A stretch of 64,000 nucleotides of DNA from Dehalococcoidia bacterium (GCA_965197585.1 OZ240215.1:2112001-2176000); one strand, 5' to 3'; shown: positions 18,801-30,108, counted from the first letter of the stretch. Translations and numbers: made by a program. Notes: a model not told the origin generated them from the sequence alone.

Positions 18801-19427
18801 TTACTGGACAGGCGAGAAGGCGGACGGGAGCATGAATTTTGTATTCATCCCAACAATGTGTCCTCCAATGGCCGGAGGCCAGTCTCCCGCTGCCACGGCC
18901 GCCGCCCGGGTCTCGGTCCGGTGGTTCATGTCGTTGTAGGGCCAGATGTGGATTAGCTTGTTGAGCAGACCCATGTCCGTCGAACCGGCGAAGAACACGT
19001 CCGAATGCTTCCGTCTGTCCGGCAGCTTGGCCCCGAACGCTTCCATAATCTCCGGCATGGAGCCGGGTGTGGCGTCGTAGTAGCGCATTTCGTAGAGAGG
19101 GCCGTAGTTGCCGGGCTCTATCGGCTTCTGGAATGGCCCGGGCACGACAATCTCGCTCTCCATCTTGACGATCAGATGGCTGGCTTTGGGGGGCCAGTTG
19201 GGATTCGCTGCAGCGGCGGCCCTGATCTCGGACCTCTGCTGTGCGTCGTCATAGCCCCATACGTGAATGACCTGGTTCAGCGGCCCGACCTCCGTGTGCC
19301 AAAAAGCAGCGAGCTTTGAATACTTCTCCCGATGTGGCAGCGCCTCGCCAAAGATTTCTTCGAACTTGGGGACACCCCCGGGCTTCAGGGTATAGGTGCG
19401 GAATTCGTAGATCATTTTCTCCTCCAT
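18801..19427 (-). CDS. NIPSNAP family protein (two-domain), copy 1
   Basis: YEFRTY..KPG, HTEVGPLNQVIHVW, repeated domain and PSAFSP. Confidence 0.9.
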   Translation of the reverse strand: MEEKMIYEFRTYTLKPGGVPKFEEIFGEALPHREKYSKLAAFWHTEVGPLNQVIHVWGYDDAQQRSEIRAAAAANPNWPPKASHLIVKMESEIVVPGPFQKPIEPGNYGPLYEMRYYDATPGSMPEIMEAFGAKLPDRRKHSDVFFAGSTDMGLLNKLIHIWPYNDMNHRTETRAAAVAAGDWPPAIGGHIVGMNTKFMLPSAFSPVQ

Positions 19428-19480
19428 AATGTTAGGGTGACGACACGGGACGCGGGTAGTTTATCAGAGAGGAATGCAAC

Positions 19481-19507
19481 CGGGCCGAAGGTAGTGCCCT
19501 CGGCCCG
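19481..19507 (-). terminator. Hairpin between the NIPSNAP genes
   Basis: CGGGCCGAAGG-tagtg-CCCTCGGCCCG. Confidence 0.5.
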
Positions 19508-19545
19508 ATTCTTCCTCGATGATGCTTAGAGGTTGTGCACTAAGC

Positions 19546-20163
19546 CTAGTGCGCGGGCGAGAATGAGGATGGCGCCATGATTTTGTTGTTCATGGTAACC
19601 AGGAACTTCCCGGTCGCCGGGGGCCAGTCCCCCGCCGCGACCGACGCCGCACGAGTTTCAGCGCGGTGATTTAGGTCGTCGTAGGGCCAGATGTGTATCA
19701 GCTTGTTCAGCGACCCCATATCCGTGTACCCGCAGAAGAACAGCCGCGAATACTTCAGCCTTCCGGGAAGTTTGGCGCCCCAGATATCCATGATCTCGGG
19801 CATGGAATTGGGCAGGGTGTCGTAGTAGCGCATCTCGTAGACGTGGCCGTAGTGCCCGGGCTCGATAGGCTTCTGGAAGGGTGCGGGTATGACGATCTCG
19901 GTCTCCATCTTCACGATATATGCGTCATCGCCTGCCGGAGGCCAGTTCGGGTCAGCAGCAGCAGCGGCCCGGACCTCGGCCCTGTGCTTCATGTCATCAT
20001 AGCCCCAGACGTGGATGATCTGGTTCAGAGGCCCGATATCCGTGTGCCAGCAGGCGGTGAGCTCGGAATACTTCTCCCGGTGAGGGAGGGCATTAGCAAA
20101 ACTTTCCTCGAACTTGCCCATGTTCCCGACGGTCAACGTGTAGGTGCGAAATTCGTAGATCAT
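19546..20163 (-). CDS. NIPSNAP family protein, copy 2
   Basis: Closely similar to the adjacent copy along its whole length. Confidence 0.9.
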   Translation of the reverse strand: MIYEFRTYTLTVGNMGKFEESFANALPHREKYSELTACWHTDIGPLNQIIHVWGYDDMKHRAEVRAAAAADPNWPPAGDDAYIVKMETEIVIPAPFQKPIEPGHYGHVYEMRYYDTLPNSMPEIMDIWGAKLPGRLKYSRLFFCGYTDMGSLNKLIHIWPYDDLNHRAETRAASVAAGDWPPATGKFLVTMNNKIMAPSSFSPAH

Positions 20164-20277
20164 GGTTTCCTCCAGGGTGATTCGATAGGGACGCGTGACA
20201 TGGGGAGTTTATCAGAAGGTGGCCTGGCTGGGCGGGTGGTAGAATCCGAGAATACCTAGCTAGTTTGGGAGAGAAAT

Positions 20278-21048
20278 ATGTCCAAAGACCTGTTTGACCT
20301 ATCGGGTAGGGTAGCCATTGTCACGGGGGCATCCTCGGGGCTGGGGGTGACCTTCGCCGAGACCCTCGCCGAAGCCGGAGCCGACGTCGTCATCTGCGCT
20401 CGTCGCCTGGAGAAGCTGGAGGAGACGGGCCGGAAGGTGCGAGAAATCGGGGCTCGATGCCTGGTCGTGCAGACCGACGTCACCAAGGTCGGGCAGGTCG
20501 ATAATCTCGTCGAACGCACTATGGATACCTACGGCAAAATCGACATCCTGGTCAACAACGCCGGGGCCTTTTTCAAGGGCTCCAAGATCGCCGAAGACCT
20601 GGACTTCGATGCAGTGCAGAAGGTGATGGAGGCCAACCTGACCAGCGCGGCCCTTTGCTCTCACCGGGCAGGTCTGAAGATGCTCGACCAGGGCTACGGG
20701 CGGATCATCAACATCGCGTCGGTGTTGGCGGTGGTCGGAGGAGTGCCGGAGGACTATTCCTACGCGTATTCCATCTCGAAGCACGGGATGGTGGGGCTGA
20801 CCAAGGCCCTCGCCCTGCAATGGGCCAAGAAGGGAATCACGGCCAACGCCATAGGCCCCGCCTACTTCGAAACAGAATTGACAGAGTTCCTGTCAGATGA
20901 GTTCACCGGCCTCGCCGAGCGCACCCCCATGGGCCGCATGGGCAAACCCGAGGAGCTAAAGACCGCACTACTCTTCCTTGCCGCCGAGACCTCCAGCTAC
21001 ATCACAGGCCAGACCATCCTAGTAGACGGCGGCTGGACGGTCTGGTGA
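20278..21048 (+). CDS. Short-chain dehydrogenase/reductase (gluconate 5-dehydrogenase-like)
   Basis: TGASSGLG, NNAG, YSISK and TPMGRMG. Confidence 0.92.
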   Translation: MSKDLFDLSGRVAIVTGASSGLGVTFAETLAEAGADVVICARRLEKLEETGRKVREIGARCLVVQTDVTKVGQVDNLVERTMDTYGKIDILVNNAGAFFKGSKIAEDLDFDAVQKVMEANLTSAALCSHRAGLKMLDQGYGRIINIASVLAVVGGVPEDYSYAYSISKHGMVGLTKALALQWAKKGITANAIGPAYFETELTEFLSDEFTGLAERTPMGRMGKPEELKTALLFLAAETSSYITGQTILVDGGWTVW

Positions 21049-21097
21049 TGGAGATTACGGTGGAGCAAGACCGGGACATACCGGTCAGATAGAACCT

Positions 21098-21346
21098 TCA
21101 CGAAAGGCAGGAGTTAACCAGAGCCCTCGACTCGTGTTCGAGAACGGCTTCTACCTCCCCCCTATCGACACCCGGGAACCACTCGAGAAAGTCATTCACC
21201 GAGGCGCCAGCCATCAGATTCTCAAACAGGGCGTGCACCGGCACCCGAGTACCGCGGAATACCCAAGCCCCGCTGACCTTACCGCTGTGCCGCTCGACGG
21301 CAGCGCAAGATCCCCAATAATCGTTGGCAATTGCGTGAGTGGGCAT
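21098..21346 (-). CDS. DUF433 domain protein (orphan antitoxin-like)
   Basis: GKVSGAWVFRGTRVPV..LFENL..FLEWFPGV; start uncertain. Confidence 0.8.
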   Translation of the reverse strand: MPTHAIANDYWGSCAAVERHSGKVSGAWVFRGTRVPVHALFENLMAGASVNDFLEWFPGVDRGEVEAVLEHESRALVNSCLS

Positions 21347-21447
21347 TGTTTCATCGCCGTTCTTCATAAGACGATTATAGGTCGGCAAATTTGCCAGGGT
21401 CAACGAAGTGCCCATGGCATGCAACTGGCATAAAGCCCGTTACAAAG

Positions 21448-21479
21448 AGGGTGGCCCCGTCTAGCGGTGGGGCCACCCT
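21448..21479. terminator. Terminator hairpin after the acyl-CoA dehydrogenase
   Basis: AGGGTGGCCCC..GGGGCCACCCT with A/T-rich flanks. Confidence 0.65.
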
Positions 21480-21505
21480 TCTTTATTTCTTATTAGAATG
21501 AGGCC

Positions 21506-22675
21506 CTACTGCCTAGGCAACCCCAGCCCCCGGGTGGCGATGATGTTCATCTGTATCTCGTTGGTGCCACCGGCTATCGTGCTGGACCGGGTGAACAGGT
21601 AGTTCTTCTCGACAAAGCCCTTCAGGGGCGCGTGCTTGGAGTCTTCCGTTAGCTGCCCGTGCAACCCGAGAACTTGCATCGCCGTGTCGAAGGCACGCTG
21701 TTCGGTGGAGGAGCCGCACAGCTTGTCTATCGAGGCCTCCTTGTTCGGCACCTCTCCCTTGCTCTGGATGTGGACCACTTGGTAGGAGAGCATGTAGGCA
21801 ATCTCCACCTCGATTGCCATCTCCGCCAGCTTGTTGCGTACCACGGGATGCTGGATCAGGGGCTTGCCCCCGACCATGGTTTCTGAGGCGAACTTGACCG
21901 TTTCATCGAGGCAGCGCCGCGCTGACGCCGAGTGCGACAGGGAGGACCGCTCGAAGTCCAGCAGGGTCATCCCGGCGTACCAGCCCCGGTTTATCTCACC
22001 GACCACGTTCTCCTTCGGAATACGCACGTTGTCGAAGAAAGTCTCGTTGAAGGGGTGCCCACCCGACATGTCGGTAATGGGTCGGACTGATACCCCAGGC
22101 GTCTTCATATCGGCAAGAAACATGGTGATTCCCCGATGCTTGGGGGCCTCGGGGTCGGTACGGGCCAGCAGCAGTACCCAGTCCGAGTAATGGGCCTGGC
22201 TGGTCCATATCTTCTGACCGTTTATCACCCATTCGTCGCCTTCGAGCACCGCCCGTGTCCCGAGCGAAGCCAGGTCGGACCCCGACTCGGGCTCCGAGTA
22301 GCCCTGGCACCAGACCACCTCGCCGCGGGCTATGCCGCCTAGGTGCCGCTTCTTCTGCTCCTCCGTCCCATGCACCATGATGGCCGGGCCTATGTATCCT
22401 ATGCCCTCGCCGTCGCGGCCGGGGGCGTACGCATATGACCATTCGTCGGTGAAGATGGCCTGTTGCATGTGGCTCGCGCCCGCGCCGCCGTACTCCTTGG
22501 GCCAGGAGAGCGCCAGCCAACCCTGGTTGGCCAACTTTTTGCGCATGTTCATTTCTGTTGCATGGGCCTCTTCACTGCCCTCTACTGCAAAGGAATCGTC
22601 GGCCCACTCCTTGGCCAGGAAGTCCTTGACCTCCTGCCGGAAGTCCTGCTCTTCTGCGGTGAATTGGTATTTCAT
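21506..22675 (-). CDS. Acyl-CoA dehydrogenase
   Basis: WCQGYSEPESGSDLA, NGQKIWTS, FNETFFD and TIAGGTNEIQ. Confidence 0.93.
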   Translation of the reverse strand: MKYQFTAEEQDFRQEVKDFLAKEWADDSFAVEGSEEAHATEMNMRKKLANQGWLALSWPKEYGGAGASHMQQAIFTDEWSYAYAPGRDGEGIGYIGPAIMVHGTEEQKKRHLGGIARGEVVWCQGYSEPESGSDLASLGTRAVLEGDEWVINGQKIWTSQAHYSDWVLLLARTDPEAPKHRGITMFLADMKTPGVSVRPITDMSGGHPFNETFFDNVRIPKENVVGEINRGWYAGMTLLDFERSSLSHSASARRCLDETVKFASETMVGGKPLIQHPVVRNKLAEMAIEVEIAYMLSYQVVHIQSKGEVPNKEASIDKLCGSSTEQRAFDTAMQVLGLHGQLTEDSKHAPLKGFVEKNYLFTRSSTIAGGTNEIQMNIIATRGLGLPRQ

Positions 22676-22779
22676 GGTTCCCCCTTGGAGCGGCTGCACT
22701 TTAACCCGTAACGTCTCCCATAGTATCATCGAATCCTCATTCATTCGACCAGTCAAGGAACCTCACCCCTATAGCCATT

Positions 22780-24075
22780 ATGAAACTTGAACTAGCCAAC
22801 TACCCCGTGAAACAAATCATCCTGGGAGACGAGACCCGGTACCTGGACGGCGATCTCCACGTCAACCCCAACGATGTCCGTGACCTGATGTTCGACGAAG
22901 AATTCTTCGAAGACATTTCCGTCCACGTTGCCCATCCCGGAGACTCGACTCGCATCATTCATGTCGTGGATGTGGTTGAGCCCAGGCACAAGCAGTCGGG
23001 TACTGGGTGCGTATTCCCCGGTGTGCTTGGCCCACCCGCGCAGGTCGGCAACGGCCGAACGGCGCAGCTGAGCGGAATGGCCGTCGTATCAACTTCGACC
23101 CCTGCCGCAGGAGAAGGCTATTACTGGAGAGAGGCGGTAATAGACATGTCGGGGCCGGGAGCCCGAATATCTCCCTTCTCCGAAAATGCCAATCTGGTCC
23201 TGGAGCTGTCCCCCCGTGACCCAGGCCCCGAGATTCCTGCGGAAGACATAGAGATGATTAACACCATCCGCGGGTCGATATACAGCCAGAGGTTGAACCT
23301 GGCGCTCAGGAAAGCCCAGATGGGGCTGGCATCCTATCTCGCAGAAACGGTCTCGGGCTCCGAGCCGGCCTCCGTAGACACCTACGAGCTCACGGAGGTT
23401 GACCCGGCCCTGCCCAAAGTGGCCTACTGCTGCCAGGTAATGGGAGAGACACTCTACGGTCTCCCGATAGGTTGGCAGCCGACCCTAATCCACCCGAACG
23501 AGATGATGGATGGCGCCATATACCGGCCCTTCAATACCCCCGGCGCAGTAAGGACGACCATCTACCACCATCAAAACAATTCCCTGTTAAATGACTTGTA
23601 CCAACGTCACGGCAAGGACCTTAATTTTCTGGGCGTGCTTCTGGTGCCGGCGGGTCCTGAGAAGCTGAGCGAAAAGGAGTTGGGCACGGGCTACGCCACA
23701 AAGCTCCTCAAAATGTTGGGCGCGGACGGTGTTGTCATCTCCTGGATGGGTGGGGGGCATCTGGCAGTCGACCCCATGCTCCTCATAAGAAACTGTGAAC
23801 GGGCTGGGATCAGCGCATCTCTGCTCAGCCCCGAGATGGCCCGCACCCCCGACGACACTGGCTTCGTTTACTTCGCTCCGGAGGCCGAGGCCATTGTCAG
23901 CACCGGCAACTACGAAGAACAGGTAACCCTCCCAGCCGTGGATCGTGTCATTGGCGGAGAATCGATCTTCGTGTCTGACGATGATCCAAAGGAAGAGTTG
24001 ACCATCCACATCACCCAGATCCTCGGGGCTACCCAAACATTTGGTCTGGGTAGACTGTCCGGCACCGCTTACTGA
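22780..24075 (+). CDS. grdE: Glycine/sarcosine/betaine reductase component B alpha/beta proprotein-like (GrdE-like), copy 1
   Basis: MKLEL, AHPGDSTRIIHVVDVVEPR, FPG, IDMSGPGA, LPKV, PNEMMDGA, HQNN, HGKDLNFLG, ADGVVIS and A.AIVSTGN. Confidence 0.85.
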   Translation: MKLELANYPVKQIILGDETRYLDGDLHVNPNDVRDLMFDEEFFEDISVHVAHPGDSTRIIHVVDVVEPRHKQSGTGCVFPGVLGPPAQVGNGRTAQLSGMAVVSTSTPAAGEGYYWREAVIDMSGPGARISPFSENANLVLELSPRDPGPEIPAEDIEMINTIRGSIYSQRLNLALRKAQMGLASYLAETVSGSEPASVDTYELTEVDPALPKVAYCCQVMGETLYGLPIGWQPTLIHPNEMMDGAIYRPFNTPGAVRTTIYHHQNNSLLNDLYQRHGKDLNFLGVLLVPAGPEKLSEKELGTGYATKLLKMLGADGVVISWMGGGHLAVDPMLLIRNCERAGISASLLSPEMARTPDDTGFVYFAPEAEAIVSTGNYEEQVTLPAVDRVIGGESIFVSDDDPKEELTIHITQILGATQTFGLGRLSGTAY

Positions 24076-24157
24076 GGGGCTCGGGGCTGGGTGGAGTAGT
24101 TAGGGTGGGATTCCTCGGCTATACGACACGCCGGGACCCCCGCCCCGAATATCCAAC

Positions 24158-25452
24158 ATGAAACTTGAACTAGCCAACTTCCCCGTGGAACGCATCATAC
24201 TGGGAGACGAGACCCGTTACATCGATGGCGAACTCCACGTCAGTCCCGAGGCCGTTCGCTCCGTATGTTCGACGAAGAATTCTTCGACGACATTTCAGTC
24301 CATGTCGCCCATCCCGGAGACTCGACCCGCCTTATCCATATCGTCGACGTAGTGGAGCCTCGATATAAGCAGTCGGGGCCCGGGTGCGTTTTCCCGGGCA
24401 TCCTCGGCCCTCCGGTGCAGGTTGGAACGGGCAGAACGGCCCGACTCAACGGCATGGCCGTGATATCAACATCCGGACCCGCCGCCGGGGAAAGCCAATA
24501 CTGGCGCGAGGCCATACTCGACATGTCGGGGCCCGGGGCCGGTATTCCCACTTCTCACAAACGGCCAACCTCGTCGTGGAGCTGTCTCCCAAAGACCCGG
24601 GGTCCGACACCCCACGGGAAGACGTGGAAACCCTGAACACCCTCCGGGGGTCTGTTCACAGTCAGAGAATGAACGTGGCGCTGAGGAAAGCTCAAATTGC
24701 TCTCGCCTCATATCTCGCCGAGACGGTCTCGGGCTTCTCGCCTGCCTCTGTAGATACCTATGAGCTTACGGATGTTGACCCCTCACTCCCGAAGGTAGTC
24801 TACGGTTGTCAGGTGGTGAGGGATCTTGTCTACGGTATCCCCCCAGGATGGCAGCCGACCCTGCTCCATCCGAACGAACTGATGGATGGCGCCGTCTTCC
24901 GTGTTTTCAACTACCTGGCCTCGGCAAAGAGCACCATCTACGATCAGCAGAACCATCCCCTGGTACAGGCGCTGTATCAACGTCATGGCGTTGACCTCAA
25001 CTTTCTGGGTGTGCTCCTGATACCGGCGGGAAACGAAAAGCTGAGCGAGAAAGAGCTTTCCGCCGGGTACGCCGCCAAGCTGCTCAGGATGCTGCACGCA
25101 GAACGGGGTAGTCATTTCATGGATGGGTGGAGGTCACCTGGCTATCGATCCCATGCTTCTGATTAGAAACTGCGAAAGGGCCGGTATAAACGCTTCCCTG
25201 CTGAGTCCCGAGATGGCCCGCACCCCCGACGACACCGGTTTCGTATATTTCGCCCCCGAGGCGGAGGCAATCGTGAGTACGGGCAACTTCGAAGAGCAAG
25301 TCGTTTTGCCGCGTGTCGACCGAGTCATAGGCGGGAAATCGCTTCTAATGACCGGTGACGACCCGCGGGGAGAACTAACCGTTCGCATCGGTCAGATTCT
25401 CGGCGCCACCCAGACCTTTGGGAAGGGCAGGTTGTCCGGGATTGCATATTAG
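24158..25452 (+). CDS. GrdE-like proprotein, copy 2, with three apparent 1-nt indels (~24263, ~24540, ~25103)
   Basis: Collinear with copy 1 from MKLELAN to GRLSGIAY across four ORF fragments, with no internal nonsense codons once the frames are joined. Confidence 0.75.
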
Positions 25453-25543
25453 GCAGTATGGAGTAGTATCGATACGGGAATCGGGTAGAATAGGGCCAGC
25501 CTGGTCGCCAGGCGTTGCCCAAGCAGCATTTCAGGGGGAGAGC

Positions 25544-27836
25544 ATGACTACCACCAACTACGAGCCCAACGTTGTCCTTGCCACCGGAGAATTCGACACC
25601 ATCGGGACCCGACCCATCAGGCACGACGGTGTAGACAAAGTCACTGGCCGCGCCCTGTACGGCGCCGACTTTCAGGCCAGCGATCTGCTCCACGGCAAGA
25701 TCCTTCGCAGCCCCCATGCCCACGCCCGCATCATCTCTATAGACACCTCCAAGGCGGAGGCCTACCCGGGCGTCAAGGCCGTGGTCACCGCCGCCGACTT
25801 TCCCGCGGGTGAACAACAGGGGCAGATGCAGATGGGCGAGATCAGCATGAGCCTCCGCTTCATGCGGGACAACGTCCTCGCCAGCAAGAAGGTGCTGTAC
25901 CCCGGACACCCCGTAGCCGGGGTAGCGGCAGTGAACGCCCACGTGGCCGAGGAAGCCATTAACCTCATCGACGTCGAATATGAAGTCCTCGAACCCGTGC
26001 CCACCGTCCTGGATGCAATCAGGGAAGGCGCACCCCTCCTCCACGATGACCTCAAGACCGAGGAGTTCGGCCAGCAGACGGACAAGGTAAGCAACATAGC
26101 CAGCCACTTCCAGCACACGATGGGAGACGTGGAAAAGGCGTTCGTCCGAGGCGGACTACGTGGTCGAGCGTGAGTTCGACACCAAGACCGTTCACCAGGG
26201 CTACATCGAGCTCCACAACGCCACCGCGTTCTGGAACCGGGACGGCCGGGTGACGATCTGGTGCAGCACCCAGGGCCCCTTCGAGGTTCGGGACGCAACT
26301 GCCGGCATCCTGGGACTGGACGTTTCGCAGGTCAACCTGGTGCCAATGGAAATAGGCGGCGGGTTCGGGGGCAAGTTCGAGCCCTACGGCGACCCTGTGG
26401 CCGCCCTCCTTTCCAAGAAAACGGGACATCCCGTCAAGATTGTCATGACTCGCCTGGAAGAGATCGAGAGCACCGGCCCGACCCCCGGCTCCTACATCAA
26501 GGTTAAGATGGGCGCCAGCAAAGAGGGCAAAATCGTCGCGGCGCAGGCTTACATGGCATACGAAGCAGGGGCATATCCCGGCTCTCCAATAGGCGCCGGC
26601 GCCCTGTGCATCTTTGGCCCCTACGACATCCCCAACGTCCTGATAGACGGGCTGGATGTCGTGGTGAATAAACCGAAGACCGCCGCCTACCGGGCCCCGG
26701 GCGCGACCAACGCATCCTTCGCATCCGAGACCATCGTCGACGAGCTGGCTGCTATGGCGGGCATGGACCCCCTAGACTTCCGCATCAACAACGCTTCCAG
26801 GGAGGGCACCAGGAGGGCCGACAGCGTACCCCACCCCAAGGTCGGCTGCATTGAGGTGCTACAGGCTATGAAGGACCACCCCCACTGGAACGCCCCTCTG
26901 GAAGGCGAGAACCGGGGCCGTGGTGTGGGACTCGGGTTCTGGATGAACTTTGGCGGTCCGGCTAGCTGCACGATCAAGGTAAACGCCGACGGAACCGTGG
27001 CTCTCCGGGAAGGCTCCCCTGACATCGGAGGCACAAGGACGACGATTGCCATGCAGGCCGCCGAGGCGCTGGGCATATCGGCGGAGAGTGTGGTGCCGGG
27101 TGTAGTGGACACCGACTCGGTGGGCTACACCAATGGCACGGGCGGCAGCAGCGTCACCTTCAAGCAGGGGTTGGCCGCTCACGAGGCGGCCCAGCACGTC
27201 AAGCAGCAGATGATTGCCCGTGCCGCGACCATCTGGGCCATTGAGCCCGATTCTATCAAGTTCGAAAAGGGTGTCTTATTTTCCGAATCTGACCCCGAAC
27301 TGAAGATGACCTTCGCCGAGCTTGCCTCCAAGATTGAGGAAACGGGCGAGCCGATTGTCGGAGTGGGTAATGTTCAGGCCACCAAGGCAGGGGCCTCATT
27401 CGCCGGCTCCATCGCCGACGTGGAGGTCGACCCGGAGACCGGAAAAGTGAAGATACTGCGCTTCACCATGATCCAGGACGTGGGCAAGGCCGTACACCCC
27501 AGCTATGTCGAGGGACAGCTGCAAGGCGGCGGCGCCCAGGGCATCGGGTGGGCAATGAATGAGGAGTATTTCCTCAACGACAAGGGCCAGGTCCTCAACT
27601 CCAGCCTGCTGGACTACCGCCTCCCCACCAGCCTCGACCTCCCGATGATCGACACCGTAATCGTAGAGGTCCCGAACCCCGGCCACCCCTTCGGTGTACG
27701 GGGAGTCGGCGAGGCGAACATCATCCCGCCCGCCGGGGCCTTGGGCAACGCCATCGCCAACGCAATCGGCGTCAGGATGGCGAACCTGCCGATGAATCCG
27801 CCAGCGATACGGGAAGCCATTGGGCGCAAGGGCTAG
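25544..27836 (+). CDS. Xanthine dehydrogenase/CoxL-family molybdopterin-binding subunit (apparent +1 indel at ~26147)
   Basis: DKVTGRA.Y, RSPHAHARI, GGGFGGK, AYRAPG, EGQLQGG and GVGE. Confidence 0.85.
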
Positions 27837-27850
27837 GAACGGCAATCGTC

Positions 27851-29037
27851 ATGCGATTCGACAGCAACGTCTTCTACCACCCTCTGCAGGTCTACCCCGT
27901 TGACCGGATGCTGGACGAGTGGCGGCAGACAGTGAAGCTCTATGATCAGACCGGTTTCACCGGAGTTTGGATCGGGGAGCACCACTTCTGGCACTCGGGG
28001 TTCCACGTGGCTGCCCCGAGCCCCGTGCAGGTTTGCACCCACCTGGCCTCGATCACCGAGCGGTTGCGCGTCGCCCAGAGCGCCTGCATCCTCCCCGACT
28101 ACCACCCCATCCGCCTGGCCGAGGAGCTGGCCATGCTCGACCAGATGACCAAGGGCGGCTGGACGTGGGCGTGGCCCGGGGCACCAACAGCCCCGCCTGC
28201 ATCCAGTTCAACATAGACGCCGACAGGCGCAACAAGGATCGTAACTACGCCCTGTTCAAGGAAACTCTGGACATCATGATCAAGGCGTGGACCGAAGACG
28301 CCCTGGTCCACGACGGCGAGTTCTACACGTTCCCCGTGCCCGGCTGGACGGAGAAAGACCCGCGCATCTACACCGGCGACACCTCGCACTACGGCCCCAA
28401 CGGAGAGCTCATTGGGCTAGGGGTCGTGCCCAAGCCTTACCAGAAACCCCACCCCCCGATTTACCAGGCAGCGGACTCCACCGAGTCCTATATGTTCGCT
28501 GCTACAAAGGGGATTTCGGTCACGGGGTTCGGGCGCACTTTCGACGGGCTGAGAGAAGCGTGGACAGCCTACCGGGATACGGCGTCACGCGTGTCGGGCC
28601 GAGACATCCCCATGGGTGAGACAGCCAACGGCGACACCCTGAACATCATGAGGATGTTCTACATGGCCGAGACCCAGGAGCAGGCCGAGCAGGAGGCCCG
28701 TGAGGGCATCAATGCCCACTACGAGATCACCTTCGGGCTGAGCCGGAACTGGGGTCGCAGCGGGGCCATAGCCAAGGGTGAGGAAGTTAGCGCCGAGCAG
28801 ATGAACATGGACTGGTTCGACTTCGCCATGTCCAAGGATGTCATCCTGGTCGGCACACCCGAGACCGTCGCCGAGAAGATTGAAAAGCTGCAAAACGAGC
28901 TCAACTGTCGGCACGTCACCCTGTGGCCCAACCCTTCCTTCCTCCCCTTCGAAAAGGTGTACCACAGCCTCGAGCTCTTCGCCGAACGGGTCATCCCATA
29001 CTTCGAAAAGAAGCGGGCCCTTGCCCCCGTGGGATAG
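27851..29037 (+). CDS. LLM-class flavin-dependent monooxygenase (apparent -1 indel at ~28156)
   Basis: WIGEHHF and HPIRLAEELAMLDQ, then GRLDVGVARG and PKPYQKPHPP in the shifted frame. Confidence 0.85.
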
Positions 29038-29109
29038 ACGTGCAAATCAACACCGCCAAATATTTGTTAGAGACAACTTATAAAATCTGGAAAAGGGAGA
29101 CCAAAGTTC

Positions 29110-30108
29110 ATGGCTGACGATCGAGTCCTGATAGTAGACGGAGCACAGCACCACAAGTGGACCAAGGAGACCTTCGAGGACATCCGGCAGGGTGACATCA
29201 GCGCGGTCAACATCACGCTTGCCATCTGGGAAAACGCCCGCGAGACCCTCGCCGAGATCGGGCAATGGTACCGCCGCTTCGACCAGTTCTCGGACCTCAT
29301 AATGCCCGTCTACACCTCGGACGACATCAGGGCTGCTTATGAGGCCAAGAAAACGGGAATACTCTTCGGCTTTCAAAACACCTCTCCCCTCGAAGACAAC
29401 ATCGAGTTTGTAGCAGTCTTCGCCAAGCTCGGGGTCCGGGTTATGCAGCTCACCTACAACACTCAGAACCTGATAGGCTGCGGTTGCTACGAGCCCAACG
29501 ACAGCGGACTCACCTACTTCGGAGCGGACGTGATCGCCGAGATGAACCGTCACGGCGTAGTCATAGACCTCTCACACACCGGCGAGCGTACTTCCATGGA
29601 CGCCATCGAGGCCTCGACCCAGCCGGTAGCAATCACCCACGCCAACCCGACCTGGTGGAAGGACGTCCAGCGCAACAAGTCGGATGACATGATGAGGGCC
29701 CTTGCTGAGAACGGCGGCGTGATGGGCCTGGGCACCTACCCCAACCTCTTCGCCCCCGACGGCACCCTGGAGCAGTTCTGCGACATGGTCGCCCGCACCG
29801 TCGACTTCATGGGCATAGACCACGTGGGTCTCGGCAGCGACCACAACACAGGCTTCCTCCCCGACGAAAAGCGCTACTGGGCCCGTGGCCGCTGGTCTCG
29901 GGAAGTGCCCAAGTTCATGAGCGCCAAGGGCTTCCACAGCCCCAAGTGGCCGGCAATCGACTGGCCCGAATGGTGTGAAAAGCCCTCGGGGCTCAGGGTA
30001 ATTCCCAACGGCCTCCGGGAGCACGGCTTCAACAATGAAGAAGTCTCCAAGATCATGGGCGGCAACTACCTGCGGGTGTTCGACCAGGTGTCCGCAGCCG
30101 CAAGCTAG
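29110..30108 (+). CDS. Membrane dipeptidase (M19) family protein, PA5396-like
   Basis: GFQN, QLTYN, MNRHG..DLSH, RNKSD, GSD and GGNYLRV. Confidence 0.88.
   Translation: MADDRVLIVDGAQHHKWTKETFEDIRQGDISAVNITLAIWENARETLAEIGQWYRRFDQFSDLIMPVYTSDDIRAAYEAKKTGILFGFQNTSPLEDNIEFVAVFAKLGVRVMQLTYNTQNLIGCGCYEPNDSGLTYFGADVIAEMNRHGVVIDLSHTGERTSMDAIEASTQPVAITHANPTWWKDVQRNKSDDMMRALAENGGVMGLGTYPNLFAPDGTLEQFCDMVARTVDFMGIDHVGLGSDHNTGFLPDEKRYWARGRWSREVPKFMSAKGFHSPKWPAIDWPEWCEKPSGLRVIPNGLREHGFNNEEVSKIMGGNYLRVFDQVSAAAS

Noticed and set aside
25544-27836. Aerobic CO dehydrogenase CoxL
   Set aside because: The active-site loop is AYRAPG, not AYxCSFR, and there are no coxMS or accessory genes.
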